DNA of 24,833 bases from a virus (taxonomy: Duplodnaviria > Caudoviricetes): IMG/VR virus record IMGVR_UViG_3300037484_000262, positions 1 to 24,833 of that record; one strand, 5' to 3'. Below the pieces are notes generated by a model, which did not search any database, was not told the origin of the DNA, and saw only the letters and a program-made list of their open reading frames with translations. The translations under genes and the position numbers were made by a program. Below, piece after piece: positions 8,069 to 17,626 of this stretch. Every line of letters begins with the position of its first letter. Position 1 is the stretch's first letter.

Positions 8069-8333
8069 TCAGAAGGTCGCGACGCATCGGCGTTACGCAT
8101 TTCTTCGGTACGCCTACTTCTACGGCATCAACGACAACATGTACCTGGCATGGGACGGCAAGCGCCGTCTGCTGCCAGGCACCACGATCCCCACCACCTT
8201 CCCTGCTCGCGCGGCCCTGACGGCTGCCGGGTATCTCGTCCTCGAAGAGATCGAGGGCGCGGACACAACGGAACTGACGAAAGCGGGTCTGTCGACCTCG
8301 CAAGCGGCCGCCGTCCTGGCAGCCATGGAGTGA
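8061..8333 (+). CDS. Hypothetical protein, about 90 aa, with helix-hairpin-helix / RNAP alpha-CTD-like C-terminus
   Basis: Start re-assigned to GTG 8061, which overlaps the previous stop. C-terminus ARAALTAAGYLVLEEIEGADTTELTKAGLSTSQAAAVLAA fits an 'L..AG..T.E.I.......L...GL' pattern. Confidence 0.65.
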   Translation: MADQKVATHRRYAFLRYAYFYGINDNMYLAWDGKRRLLPGTTIPTTFPARAALTAAGYLVLEEIEGADTTELTKAGLSTSQAAAVLAAME

Positions 8334-8339
8334 AGAACG

Positions 8340-8948
8340 ATGACGAGCTACATCCATGAAGACGGCACCGATCGATTCCTGCCTGAGGACAGCGACGCTG
8401 AGCGAGCCGCAATCCGCGCGCGAGACGCGCTGGTAGTAGCCAATAGGAGTACCGGTCGCATTGACCTTCCGCTCGGAGCGTTCCAGCGAAGCTCCGGGGC
8501 TGCAGTCGGCGTGTTTCTCGACAACACGACGGACGGTTTCTATCTGTCCGATTCGGAGGCATTCGGGATCCGGTGGAACAACGACACGGCGCCGAGGGCA
8601 ACTCTAGCTGCGAGCGTCCATATTCCAGAGGACGCAGACGACGCCGTAGCCATGACGCTTTACTGCAGAGGGCTCCGAGTTGGGGCTGCCGATGCTGCGA
8701 TGGTGCTGACGGTGGCCATCTACAACCACGAGAATGCAGAGGCACATACAGCTGGCACGAACGTTGGCGGGTCAACGACTGCGTTCAATGGAGCAACCAC
8801 CATCATCACCACAGAGTCGCTGGCGGTTGCGGCAGGAGCTTTGCCAGCTGGTAGCAACGCATCAATCACGATCGTCCCGGACGCGGCACTGGACGGCGAC
8901 GACTTCATTCTGCTGGACGCCTGGCTCGACTACTCAATCGCGGTCTAA
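8340..8948 (+). CDS. Hypothetical beta-rich virion protein (possible head decoration), 202 aa
   Basis: GGAG upstream; position between capsid and neck genes; alternating hydrophobic beta-strand pattern. Confidence 0.7.
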   Translation: MTSYIHEDGTDRFLPEDSDAERAAIRARDALVVANRSTGRIDLPLGAFQRSSGAAVGVFLDNTTDGFYLSDSEAFGIRWNNDTAPRATLAASVHIPEDADDAVAMTLYCRGLRVGAADAAMVLTVAIYNHENAEAHTAGTNVGGSTTAFNGATTIITTESLAVAAGALPAGSNASITIVPDAALDGDDFILLDAWLDYSIAV

Positions 8949-8951
8949 GCC

Positions 8952-9242
8952 ATGATCGGCGCAACCGTTCCCGAGCAACTGAAGCTTCTTCAGGTGGCCG
9001 ACCTGCCGTTCGTCGTGGACTCAGGGTTCAAGCCGCATCACCTACGGTGCCAGGGCTTCCGCGCAGAGGATGCAGGAACAGTGGCTGTGACGATGCTCAC
9101 GCCCGGGGCAGCGGCAGCAACAGCGCACGTTCTACCGTGCAACAGCACATCGGGCATGCAGTGGCTCGGCGACATCAAGTCCATCACCGCATTCGTGGGC
9201 ACTACCAAGATTTGGCTGTACCTCACGGCGAACCATAGCTGA
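8952..9242 (+). CDS. Hypothetical protein, 96 aa
   Basis: Tightly packed in the operon with 3-4 nt gaps on either side. Confidence 0.65.
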   Translation: MIGATVPEQLKLLQVADLPFVVDSGFKPHHLRCQGFRAEDAGTVAVTMLTPGAAAATAHVLPCNSTSGMQWLGDIKSITAFVGTTKIWLYLTANHS

Positions 9243-9246
9243 TCCC

Positions 9247-10008
9247 ATGGGCGAAGATCTGAGCGTCACGCTGCACGCCAGCGGAGCAGAAACCGTTTCC
9301 GGAAGTGGGTCGGCACTCGACCTGCAATCGGACTCGGTGACGCTGCGCCGAGCTGCGGTCGTGACGCTTGGGGTGTCGGCCGTCACCGGTACCCTGACGG
9401 TGCTGGTCGACACGTCTTCCGACGGGGTCTCGTGGGACAACCTCGGGACCTTCGTGGCCGCCACCTCGGCGGGAGTTCAGGAGCTCCGGTTCGGCGACTG
9501 CAAACGCTACCTCCGGTGCCGCTGGACCATAGTGACTGGCCCGGCAACGTTCTCGGCTTCGGCTGTGGCCAAGCAAACGTTCTGTTCCCTGACCGAACTC
9601 GTTGCGCTGGGCGGGGCAGCCGACATTCTGACGACGGCCGTCACGACGTCCGAGCGACTCCTGCACCTGGCGAGCGTGTCCGCGTACGCGCGCGGGTACC
9701 TGGCGAAGGCTGGGCTGCTGCCGATCCTTGCAGTCGGTCAAGATGTGGCCCTGGCCGTGGCGCAGATTACGGTCGTCGACATCATCACGAGCGACACTGG
9801 TCCGCACCCGGACGAGGAAGCGACGGCGCTGCTTCTGGCAGCGGCAGACCGAGCCCGCAAGTGGTTCCTCGACGTTGCGGCAGGCAGGGCCGTCCCGGAC
9901 GTCACCTTCACCGACTCCGAGGACGTGGTCGACCCAGACCCTGAAGGGTTCGGCGGCGGGGCCGTCTACGGCGACGCGCAGAGAACCTGGTCGAACGCGC
10001 TACCCTGA
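9247..10008 (+). CDS. Head-tail adaptor (DUF1320 / Mu gp36-like) with extra N-terminal beta-sandwich domain, 253 aa
   Basis: C-terminal half FCSLTEL..YARGYLA..LP..ADRARKWFLDVAAGRA resembles gp36; N-terminal ~109 aa is Ser/Thr/Val-rich beta. Confidence 0.72.
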   Translation: MGEDLSVTLHASGAETVSGSGSALDLQSDSVTLRRAAVVTLGVSAVTGTLTVLVDTSSDGVSWDNLGTFVAATSAGVQELRFGDCKRYLRCRWTIVTGPATFSASAVAKQTFCSLTELVALGGAADILTTAVTTSERLLHLASVSAYARGYLAKAGLLPILAVGQDVALAVAQITVVDIITSDTGPHPDEEATALLLAAADRARKWFLDVAAGRAVPDVTFTDSEDVVDPDPEGFGGGAVYGDAQRTWSNALP

Positions 10009-10565
10009 TGCTCAGCCTCAAGGGAGGCCAAGGTAACCTGCGGTCGATCGGGCTCAAACTCAAGGCTCTTGCGGCAACGGCACAGATTCAAAGCGCCATC
10101 AGCCAGAACTGCGCAGAAGCCATCCTCGATCTCGTCAAGGAAGGCGTATCGAACGAGCAGGACCCCTACGGCAAATCCTGGCCGAAGCTCGTGCTTCGGG
10201 CCGGCAAGATCGGGAAGAACACGGGCGGCATGGTGCAGAGCCTGCACCTGTCGAAGCTCGGCAAGTCCGGATTCACCGTCGCGTTCGGCAAGCACTACGC
10301 GACCTTCTTCCACGGCGGCACCGGGATCTACGGACCCACAGGAAGACCCATCAGACCCAAGGTCGCCAAAGTGCTGGCCTTCAGTGTTCGTGGCGCCAAG
10401 GGATTCAAGGGCTCGAAGAAGGGCAAGGGAACGAAGCAGTTCGCTTTCCGCTCCGTGAAGGGTTCACCGCCAAGACCTCTGCTCCCCGAGGGAAGTCTTC
10501 CCGAAACGTGGCGTCGAGAAATAATGGCATCGGCTGACGAGGCGATGCGGCAGTACTTCAAATGA
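10008..10565 (+). CDS. Virion morphogenesis / neck protein (Mu gpG, P2 S-like), 185 aa
   Basis: EQDPYGKSWPKL, NTGGMVQSL, YATFFHGG, PPRPLLP; very basic composition. Confidence 0.82.
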   Translation: MLSLKGGQGNLRSIGLKLKALAATAQIQSAISQNCAEAILDLVKEGVSNEQDPYGKSWPKLVLRAGKIGKNTGGMVQSLHLSKLGKSGFTVAFGKHYATFFHGGTGIYGPTGRPIRPKVAKVLAFSVRGAKGFKGSKKGKGTKQFAFRSVKGSPPRPLLPEGSLPETWRREIMASADEAMRQYFK

Positions 10566-11131
10566 GCGGGCCTCTCGACCTCGAAACCTGGATCGACACG
10601 GTCCAGACGAAGCTCAACGCTCGCATGAGTGAGCGGTTTCCTGCTGCCGACGAAGCCGTCTCGATCGGATACAGCCACCTGGGCAGTACGGCACGCGCGG
10701 TGTCGATTCCCCGCGTCATCTGGGGCGAGACTCCGGAGTACAGCTCGACCTACAGCCTGTCGCGTGACAGCAAAGGCCGCGACGGAATCGGGTCCTGCAT
10801 CATCACGCAGCAGGTTGACCTCATCGCGGCAACCATGGCCGACTGCAGGGCGCTGCTCGTCAATCTGATCCAGGCCATTCTAGCGGCCGAAAGTCCGACG
10901 CGCGTCGTGTGGCCGATCCAAGGCGGACAGAACGTCAAGGACGTGAGTCACGACGGGCGACTGGCGAGGAAGATCACCATCACACTCGGCGTCGAGTTTG
11001 TGATCCCCGACACCGTCCAGCAAATTGGAACCTGGATTCCGACCGACCCAACGGCAGAGGTCACGGTCAAGGAATTCGTTAGCACGGTCGGCGGCGAAGG
11101 GCCCTGGACCGAGCCCGCACCAACACCCTGA
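10562..11131 (+). CDS. Probable tail terminator / completion protein, 189 aa
   Basis: Position between neck protein and sheath; size; ATGA overlap. Function from synteny only. Confidence 0.6.
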   Translation: MSGPLDLETWIDTVQTKLNARMSERFPAADEAVSIGYSHLGSTARAVSIPRVIWGETPEYSSTYSLSRDSKGRDGIGSCIITQQVDLIAATMADCRALLVNLIQAILAAESPTRVVWPIQGGQNVKDVSHDGRLARKITITLGVEFVIPDTVQQIGTWIPTDPTAEVTVKEFVSTVGGEGPWTEPAPTP

Positions 11132-11144
11132 GGACCATCCCATC

Positions 11145-11615
11145 ATGGCAAGAGACACCCGCAACGAGACGTCGGTCGAACCGGTCGCTGCCCCCGCTCC
11201 CCAATCACCAGCCACCCCCGGTGGAAAGCCCCCGAGCATCGAGTCGGCGCCCCCAAGCTGGCACGCCTACCAGACGGGCAAGGCCACGATCCGAGTCAAG
11301 CGGATCAACTTCGGCGGGCCCGTCACTGGACGCCCCGAGCTCAAGTATTGCTGGCAGCATCAGGCCGCTTCGCAGCTCCACGGCTGGGCAGCGCATGAGC
11401 TCTCGACGGGCGGACAAGAGGTTTGGATCAGCCGAGCTGACTACGAGGCTGCGCTGGTGGCTGTGTCGGCAGAGAAGATCGACCCGAAACCTCCGGAGGC
11501 TCCCCCGAAGCGTGTCCCCCACGGACGCAACCTGATCCCGGGAGTATCGGCCTACACGCCCCATGTGGGGGCCTTGTCGAAGTACGCGCCGAAGCTCGAG
11601 ACGCGCAAGGCGTGA
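11145..11615 (+). CDS. Hypothetical pre-sheath protein, 156 aa
   Basis: Start re-assigned to ATG 11145 (MARDTRNE; GAGGA upstream; avoids a long overlap with the previous gene). Confidence 0.65.
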   Translation: MARDTRNETSVEPVAAPAPQSPATPGGKPPSIESAPPSWHAYQTGKATIRVKRINFGGPVTGRPELKYCWQHQAASQLHGWAAHELSTGGQEVWISRADYEAALVAVSAEKIDPKPPEAPPKRVPHGRNLIPGVSAYTPHVGALSKYAPKLETRKA

Positions 11616-11661
11616 GACCCACCACGACGGCCAGTAGTCAGCATCAACACGAGGTGATTCT

Positions 11662-13149
11662 GTGACGTATCCCCCTGGACAATCTTTCACGTTCCAGGAC
11701 GGCGGCATTGGCCTGGCCGTCCCCAACACCCGCTTTCCGCTGGTGGTCGGCTGCTCATCGTCTGGCGTGGCCAATACGATGTACCAGCTTGGCAGCTCAG
11801 TCGATGCCATCGCAACCCTGGGTGTAGGCCCGGGCGTGGACTTGGCGGCGATCTTGGCCGACAAGGGCGGCTGCCTGTACCTCGAGGCGACCGATGGAGT
11901 CGCTGGGGCAGCGGGTGCCGTGACTCCAGTACGGGTCGGGACATCGACCGGGACTATCACGGTTGCAGGAACCGCGACCAACGAGCATCAGGTGGCGATC
12001 GAGATCACCGCAACCGGAACGCTAGGGGCAGCGAGGTTTCGCTACAGACTCGAGTACAATGCTCTGCTCAAGGCGCAGTCAGTACTGGGTAGCGGGTGGT
12101 CCCCGGAGATCGTGGTTCCGACTGGCGCGACGTACGTCCTCGGAGCCACCGGAATCACGCTGACATTCGTCCCAGGAGCAGGCGCGGTGTTCTTCCAGGA
12201 CGGCGACGTTCACACCTTCGCCACGACTGCCCCGCACTACACGGCGGCCAACTTCACGACCGCCATGGGCGCGCTGCCGGCGCAGCTCGGGAACCTCTAC
12301 TTCGACCAGGTTTTCTGCACGGGCGTTAACAACTCCGGCGCAGACGCGGCCACGATGGCGGCAGCCGTCGAGACCGAGATGGACGATCTCGAGGACCTGT
12401 TCTATTTCGGGCGCGCCCTCATGGACGCCGGCAGCCCCGACACCGCGTCCAACGTCAAGACCGGGCTCGTGGCCTTCAGCTCGAATCGGGTTGGCGTGGT
12501 CTACGGCTACGCCTACACGGCATCGAAGGTCCCGCAGCTTGGGCGGTCAACCCCAAAGCTTCCTCTGCTCGTGAACTTCGCGGAACGCGCGGCGGATGCT
12601 GCACAGGTCGACATCAGTCAAAACCTCGGGCGCGTCCTGTCGGGCGGGCTCCGCGGCGTGAGCTATATCACCCACGACGAGGGCGACGGAACCCCTGCGT
12701 TCATCGAAGAGGACAAGATCAACACGGCCCGGACGTTCATCGGTGCCAGCGGGATCTACGCGACCAACGGCTATCTCAAGTCCGGCATGGGGTCCGACTA
12801 CCTCTATTGGGACTGGGGCTGCACGATGGACAAGATCGCGCGCGTCCAGTACCTCGCCCAGTTCCCCTGGGTGCTGGCGAAGCTCGAGTCGAAGGTCGAC
12901 GGCTCCGGACAGGTCACGGAGGGTAGCGCGCTGCGCGTCGAGTCCGCGATCCAGGGCCAGCTCAAGACAGCCATCCGCGACCCGAAGAACGTCGAGGGTG
13001 GCAATGGGTACGTCTCCGGACTGAGCTACACGATCAGCCGGACCAACAACTTCCTCTCGACTAGGCAACTGGTCACAACCACCCAGGCCGTGCCGCTCGT
13101 CCCCATCGAGGGATTCGTGTCCACCCTGGGCTTCGCTAGGAGCGTCTAA
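11662..13149 (+). CDS. Contractile tail sheath protein (DUF2586-like), 495 aa
   Basis: GAGGTG RBS; FQDGGIG N-terminus; RTFIGASGIYATNG..SDY and TMDKIAR resemble DUF2586 sheaths; followed by a tube-sized gene. Confidence 0.85.
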   Translation: MTYPPGQSFTFQDGGIGLAVPNTRFPLVVGCSSSGVANTMYQLGSSVDAIATLGVGPGVDLAAILADKGGCLYLEATDGVAGAAGAVTPVRVGTSTGTITVAGTATNEHQVAIEITATGTLGAARFRYRLEYNALLKAQSVLGSGWSPEIVVPTGATYVLGATGITLTFVPGAGAVFFQDGDVHTFATTAPHYTAANFTTAMGALPAQLGNLYFDQVFCTGVNNSGADAATMAAAVETEMDDLEDLFYFGRALMDAGSPDTASNVKTGLVAFSSNRVGVVYGYAYTASKVPQLGRSTPKLPLLVNFAERAADAAQVDISQNLGRVLSGGLRGVSYITHDEGDGTPAFIEEDKINTARTFIGASGIYATNGYLKSGMGSDYLYWDWGCTMDKIARVQYLAQFPWVLAKLESKVDGSGQVTEGSALRVESAIQGQLKTAIRDPKNVEGGNGYVSGLSYTISRTNNFLSTRQLVTTTQAVPLVPIEGFVSTLGFARSV

Positions 13150-13622
13150 TGGCTGGTGTAGTCGTCAACGGAATCGCATACGACCACGGCTCACTGAGCC
13201 TCGAATTCGTCGCCCTCGGCGAAGCCACTGGCCAGATGAAGGCCTTCACCGATATCGCGTACGACGACGGTGTTTCTCGGTCGAAGCAACGCGGGGCCGA
13301 GCGAGTCGCGACCCAGGGCACCGAGGGCGAATACGACGCGAACCTTTCCGGCTCCTTTCTCCGCACCATGTTCGATGCGTTGCAAGGTTGGTTTGCTGGG
13401 CGTGATCTCCCCTGGTATGGCACCCATTTCCAGACTGTCGTCCAGTACTGGAACGTCGGGGAACCGAAGCACCAGGACACGATTCCCGACTGCCAGTGGC
13501 AGAAGCGGAGCTTCAGTTCGAGCTCTGGCACCGACCCCAACAAGGTCGCGGTCGAGATGTTCGTGCTCGGAACCATCTTCTTCGATGGCGTCGACGGGTA
13601 CAACAACAAGCTGAACGCCTGA
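13149..13622 (+). CDS. Tail tube protein, 157 aa
   Basis: VNGIAYDHGS, IAYDD, TQGTEGEYDA pattern; size; directly after the sheath. Confidence 0.8.
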   Translation: MAGVVVNGIAYDHGSLSLEFVALGEATGQMKAFTDIAYDDGVSRSKQRGAERVATQGTEGEYDANLSGSFLRTMFDALQGWFAGRDLPWYGTHFQTVVQYWNVGEPKHQDTIPDCQWQKRSFSSSSGTDPNKVAVEMFVLGTIFFDGVDGYNNKLNA

Positions 13623-13682
13623 CGATCCGTCGGGCCAGTCTACCCCCGGGAAGGTCCCGGGATAGCAACGGAGTAGGGAACC

Positions 13683-14060
13683 ATGGCAAACGCTACAGCG
13701 GAAACCAACGAGCAGATCTTTGCACGTGTCGACGCGGAGCACGGCGGCAGAGCCGAGGCTTTTGAGTCACCGGAGGGCGAACTCCTCATCATCGCCCCTC
13801 CGCAGAACGCCACCCTGGTCTATCAGGGATTCTTCGATGCGTCGCGCAAAGCGATGGTGAGCGGCGACGTCAGTCAGCACGACCTGAACGTCACGTTCAT
13901 CCTGGATTGCACGGTGCATCCGGAGAGGCCGGCGGCCAAAGCCATCCTGAAGAAGTACCCGGCGCTGGCCCTGGCGGCATCGCGCGAGGCTGAGCAGATG
14001 CTCGGCGGGAGCATCAAGAAACTGGGAAAAGCGCAGAAGAAGCCGAACAAGACGACCTGA
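13683..14060 (+). CDS. Tail assembly chaperone (lambda gpG analogue), 125 aa
   Basis: Between tube and tape measure; GGAGTAGG RBS; in-frame slippery heptamer near the 3' end. Confidence 0.78.
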   Translation: MANATAETNEQIFARVDAEHGGRAEAFESPEGELLIIAPPQNATLVYQGFFDASRKAMVSGDVSQHDLNVTFILDCTVHPERPAAKAILKKYPALALAASREAEQMLGGSIKKLGKAQKKPNKTT

Positions 14061-14176
14061 TTGCAGCCGGAGCAATGCTGGCCATGTTGGGAAGAGAGCG
14101 CACCGAGCAAACCGAGCTTGGTGCGCTTTTTCTCGTTCGGTGGATGTCGGTTGTTCGAAGAGCCTTAGGCGGATGA
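14024..14176 (+). CDS. -1 frameshift extension of the chaperone (gpGT analogue)
   Basis: G GGA AAA at 14024-14030 in X XXY YYZ phase. The -1 frame reads GKSAEEAEQDDLIAAGAMLAMLGRERTEQTELGALFLVRWMSVVRRALGG and stops at TGA 14174-14176, 4 nt before the tape measure start. Confidence 0.78.
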   Translation, partial: GKSAEEAEQDDLIAAGAMLAMLGRERTEQTELGALFLVRWMSVVRRALGG

Positions 14177-14180
14177 CCAA

Positions 14181-17066
14181 GTGAATAGCCTCGAGTGGAC
14201 CCTGCAGTTCATCGACCACATGAGTGGTCCTGGGCGCAACGCTGCCGCCGCTTTCGATCGGCTTACGGATGCTCAGCTGGATTCGCTGGCGGCGGCGAAG
14301 CGACTAGAGTCGATGCAGCAGCGCACGGGGTCAGCGCTACGCGAGGCAGCTTCGGGCACGCGCAAGCTGACGGCGGAAGATATCGAGCTCGCCGCTGCCA
14401 CCCGCAGGGCAAGCCAAGAGTTCGAGCGCAACGGTGGCGCGCTGTCGTCGGCTCAACGTGCTTCGCAAACGAGCATGACGGGCTCTCTGCTGCAAGCGTC
14501 GTTTTGGCAGGGCCTCGCCCGCGGTATCCTGAATGCCTCGACGACGATTGTCAGTAGCGTGTTCCGGATCGCCGAGGGCGCGGGGCAAGCGGTCCTGAGC
14601 CTCGGGCAATCAGCGTTTGCGGCCGCCACCTGGGGAGAGGATACGAAGTCGTCCCTTGAGGTACTGGGCGGCAGCATCGGGACCGGTGAAGCGGAGTTCG
14701 CGCGCCTCCGTGAAACAACCGTCTCGCTCGGGCTTTCGGTGCGGGACTCGATCGACGCCTACAAGGGGCTGCGCGCCCAGAAGTTTGGCGCTCAAGAAGC
14801 CGAGACCATGATCAAGCTCGGGGCCGACCTGCAGACGGTCGTCGGCTCGAGCGACGAAGCGATTTCGAACTTCTACCGCGCGACGGCCCAGATCAAGGCG
14901 AAGGGCAAGCTCTCTGCTGAGGAGATGATGCAGATCGCCGAGGGCGTCGGCATCGGGCAGGGCGCCATCTACGCCCAGTTGGCGAAGTCCACGGGGAAGT
15001 CGGTCGATGAAGTCCGGAAGCTTCAGGAGACCGGCAAGATTTCGGCCGACATCGGCATCGCGGCCATTCAGGCGGCGGCCCTCGAAATGGTCGGCGCATC
15101 CGAGGCCGGCCAGGCCACGGCACGCGAAGTCGGCACCACGCTGCGCGGCATGATGCGGCTCGCCAAGAGCGGGTCAGAGGATTGGATCCTCAGCATGGGT
15201 GAGCGGCTGCTGCCGACCTTCAACAAGCTAGCGACGCGCGCGGGTGAGGCGTTCGGAGAGCTCCAGAAGAGCGGCAAAATCGAGGCAGCGACAGACGCCA
15301 TAGGGTCGTCGTTCGAGGCCCTGCTCGGCGGAGTCGAGTCCGCCATCCCCGACATCCAGTCCTTGCTCGGAAACATGTTGGACTGGGTGGCGAGCGGGCG
15401 CCTCGAGGATATGGCGCGGTCAGTCGGCGAGGCCTTCGCCAGCCTGGCGTCCTCGCTCGAGAAGGCCTGGCCCCGGATCGAGCAGCTACTTGACGACGGC
15501 GCCGAGGGCGTAACGGGCAGCATCACGGACATGGCTGCCGGACTCGACGACTTCTTGGACAAGATCCTAGACGTCGCCGAGTTCATCGACGACCACTGGA
15601 CGGCTCTGAAGTGGACGTTCATCGGGGTCTCTGGTGCCGTCGTGGTGGCCATCGGGGCAATTGGCGTGGCCGCGACGGTCAATGCGGTCAAGACCGTGGC
15701 CGAGACGGCCAAGATGGTCGCCGGGTTCCTGAACGTCGGCAAAGCCGCGACGGCTGCCAAGGCTGCCAGGGTGGCATTCGCGGCGGCTGAGGCGGCGGCT
15801 TCAGCGGGTGGTACTGCGGCGGGCACAGCGACGACAGCGGCCAGCACGGCCGCGACTGGGGTTACCGGGGCAGGCGCGGGCGCCGCGGGGACTGGGGCCG
15901 TAGCTGGCGGAGGGACGCTGGCTGCCTTCGGCGGAGCCGCGGGCGCCGCTTCCATCGGGGCCGCCATTGCTGGGCTCGCGGCTGCTGGTTGGCAGGCGTA
16001 TGAACTCTGGGCCGAGAACCAGGACTTCGACCTGTTCGACGTCGAGCTGATCCTGGAAAAGCTCAAGGCCGACGCGGGTTTGATCGTCGACGGAATCATC
16101 GGCGCCGTGGGCCAGCCCGTATGGGATGCGGGCGTCGAGGTCGTCAACTTCCTGACCGGGGGCCTAGCGAGCGGGGCCGCGACCCTGGTCGAGAGCGTCG
16201 GGGCAATGGCGTCCGGGCTGCTGGACACACTGCAGGGCACGCTCTCGGGCGGTCAGGAGACGCTTTCAGCGACTTGCTCGAGCATCGGCTCTGGCATGGC
16301 CAACGCCATGACGGGCGGCTTGTGGTCGGCCGCCGGGTCCCTCATCTCGAGTGCCGCGAGCCTCGGGCAGCAGGCAATCCAGAGCCTCAAAAACGCCATC
16401 GGCTGGCATTCCCCGCCGGCCGCATTCGTGGAGCTCGGCGAGGGCTCGGCCCGGGCCTACCTGGATTCCCTCCGGGGCGGCCTCCCGCAGACTCTCGACA
16501 TGAGCCTGACGGGCGGGATCCAGCCGGCGAACGATTCCGCGCTGTCGTCAGCCCAGGGCGCAGCAGGGCTGGCGCTCTCGGGCGGGACGGCCATCGCTGC
16601 CCAAGCGGCGGAGCCCGCGTCTCAGGGCATCCTGGGGGCATTGGCAGGGTCTGCGACTACGGCGCTGGGAGCGATCCCTGGAATCGGAGGGGCACTGGCC
16701 GGTGCGCTGGGGTTCCTCGGTGGACCTGGCGCCGGTGGCCAGACGGCATCGGCTGCCGCAACCACTGGCGCAGCAAACGACAACTGGAGCCCAGCGGCTC
16801 AGCCTCTCCCCATGGCGGTCGGCGCCGAAGGCCTTTCCCGGGTCGGCATTGACCAGCCTCAGGTCGGGCCGCTGGCGCGGCAAGCGACGGCGTACGGCGG
16901 CGGAAACCAGCAGGTCTTTCAGGTGTCGATCTCGGTCAACGTCGAGGGAAACGCCTCGAAGGAAGACGCCGACGCCCTGGCTGAGTCCATCAAGGGGCGA
17001 CTGATGCCGAGCGTCCGGGCTGAGATCCAGCGGACCCTTACGAACGCGGGCGCGAGTGCGCGATGA
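14181..17066 (+). CDS. Tape measure protein, 961 aa
   Basis: Longest ORF; Ala/Gly-rich helical; QIKAKGKLSAEEMMQIAE..GKISAD tape-measure motif; hydrophobic segments; IGWHSPP near the C-terminus. Confidence 0.93.
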   Translation: MNSLEWTLQFIDHMSGPGRNAAAAFDRLTDAQLDSLAAAKRLESMQQRTGSALREAASGTRKLTAEDIELAAATRRASQEFERNGGALSSAQRASQTSMTGSLLQASFWQGLARGILNASTTIVSSVFRIAEGAGQAVLSLGQSAFAAATWGEDTKSSLEVLGGSIGTGEAEFARLRETTVSLGLSVRDSIDAYKGLRAQKFGAQEAETMIKLGADLQTVVGSSDEAISNFYRATAQIKAKGKLSAEEMMQIAEGVGIGQGAIYAQLAKSTGKSVDEVRKLQETGKISADIGIAAIQAAALEMVGASEAGQATAREVGTTLRGMMRLAKSGSEDWILSMGERLLPTFNKLATRAGEAFGELQKSGKIEAATDAIGSSFEALLGGVESAIPDIQSLLGNMLDWVASGRLEDMARSVGEAFASLASSLEKAWPRIEQLLDDGAEGVTGSITDMAAGLDDFLDKILDVAEFIDDHWTALKWTFIGVSGAVVVAIGAIGVAATVNAVKTVAETAKMVAGFLNVGKAATAAKAARVAFAAAEAAASAGGTAAGTATTAASTAATGVTGAGAGAAGTGAVAGGGTLAAFGGAAGAASIGAAIAGLAAAGWQAYELWAENQDFDLFDVELILEKLKADAGLIVDGIIGAVGQPVWDAGVEVVNFLTGGLASGAATLVESVGAMASGLLDTLQGTLSGGQETLSATCSSIGSGMANAMTGGLWSAAGSLISSAASLGQQAIQSLKNAIGWHSPPAAFVELGEGSARAYLDSLRGGLPQTLDMSLTGGIQPANDSALSSAQGAAGLALSGGTAIAAQAAEPASQGILGALAGSATTALGAIPGIGGALAGALGFLGGPGAGGQTASAAATTGAANDNWSPAAQPLPMAVGAEGLSRVGIDQPQVGPLARQATAYGGGNQQVFQVSISVNVEGNASKEDADALAESIKGRLMPSVRAEIQRTLTNAGASAR

Positions 17067-17626
17067 CCTACGACCAGAAGGCAGAGCTCTGGAACAACCC
17101 GCTGATCGGTAGCGTGTGGCTGCCGGGGAAGTGCCTGCTATCCATCGACGGCGGCGGGCGCGACATTGACCAGCAGAAGCAGAAGGGGTCGAACAAGGCG
17201 TATTCCGAGGACAACGGCGAAAACCTCGTGACGGGCTCGATCCTGGTTCAGCTCCCCTCGATCGACTGTCCCGAATACGAGATGTGGGTGGCAGTCGCCG
17301 CTCTGCTCGACCCAAACAGTCCATCGGCGAGCACGGGCCCGCAGGAGATCATCCACCCCGCGACCGAGCTCAAGGGCGTCAAGGCCATCCGGATCCAGCA
17401 GATCACCTACCCGGCTCCGAGTGCGAAGGACGGGTTCAATCCGCGGATCAAGTGGATAGAATTCGCCGAGAAACCGAAGGAAGTCAAGAAGGCGGCGACG
17501 AAGAAGAGCGAGAACGTCTCGACGCTCGACCGCCAGCAGCCCCTCATTCAGCCCATCGGGCCACCGAGCGCCCCAGGCTTGAGCGGAATGGACGCCTTCG
17601 ACAACGCCATGAAGGGCTATTCCTGA
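17063..17626 (+). CDS. Tail / baseplate tube-initiator-like protein, 187 aa
   Basis: ATGA overlap with tape measure; position; IIHPATELKGV..I..IEF pattern. Confidence 0.65.
   Translation: MTYDQKAELWNNPLIGSVWLPGKCLLSIDGGGRDIDQQKQKGSNKAYSEDNGENLVTGSILVQLPSIDCPEYEMWVAVAALLDPNSPSASTGPQEIIHPATELKGVKAIRIQQITYPAPSAKDGFNPRIKWIEFAEKPKEVKKAATKKSENVSTLDRQQPLIQPIGPPSAPGLSGMDAFDNAMKGYS

Noticed and set aside
15740-15990. Ala/Gly/Thr low-complexity stretch as a repeat array
   Set aside because: No periodic nucleotide repeat; ordinary low-complexity segment of the tape measure protein.
15068-16240. Long minus-strand ORFs (390 aa here; also 1241-2200, 6716-7603, 19012-19893, 21056-21883)
   Set aside because: Antisense shadows of well-supported + strand genes in GC-rich DNA; no recognisable motifs.
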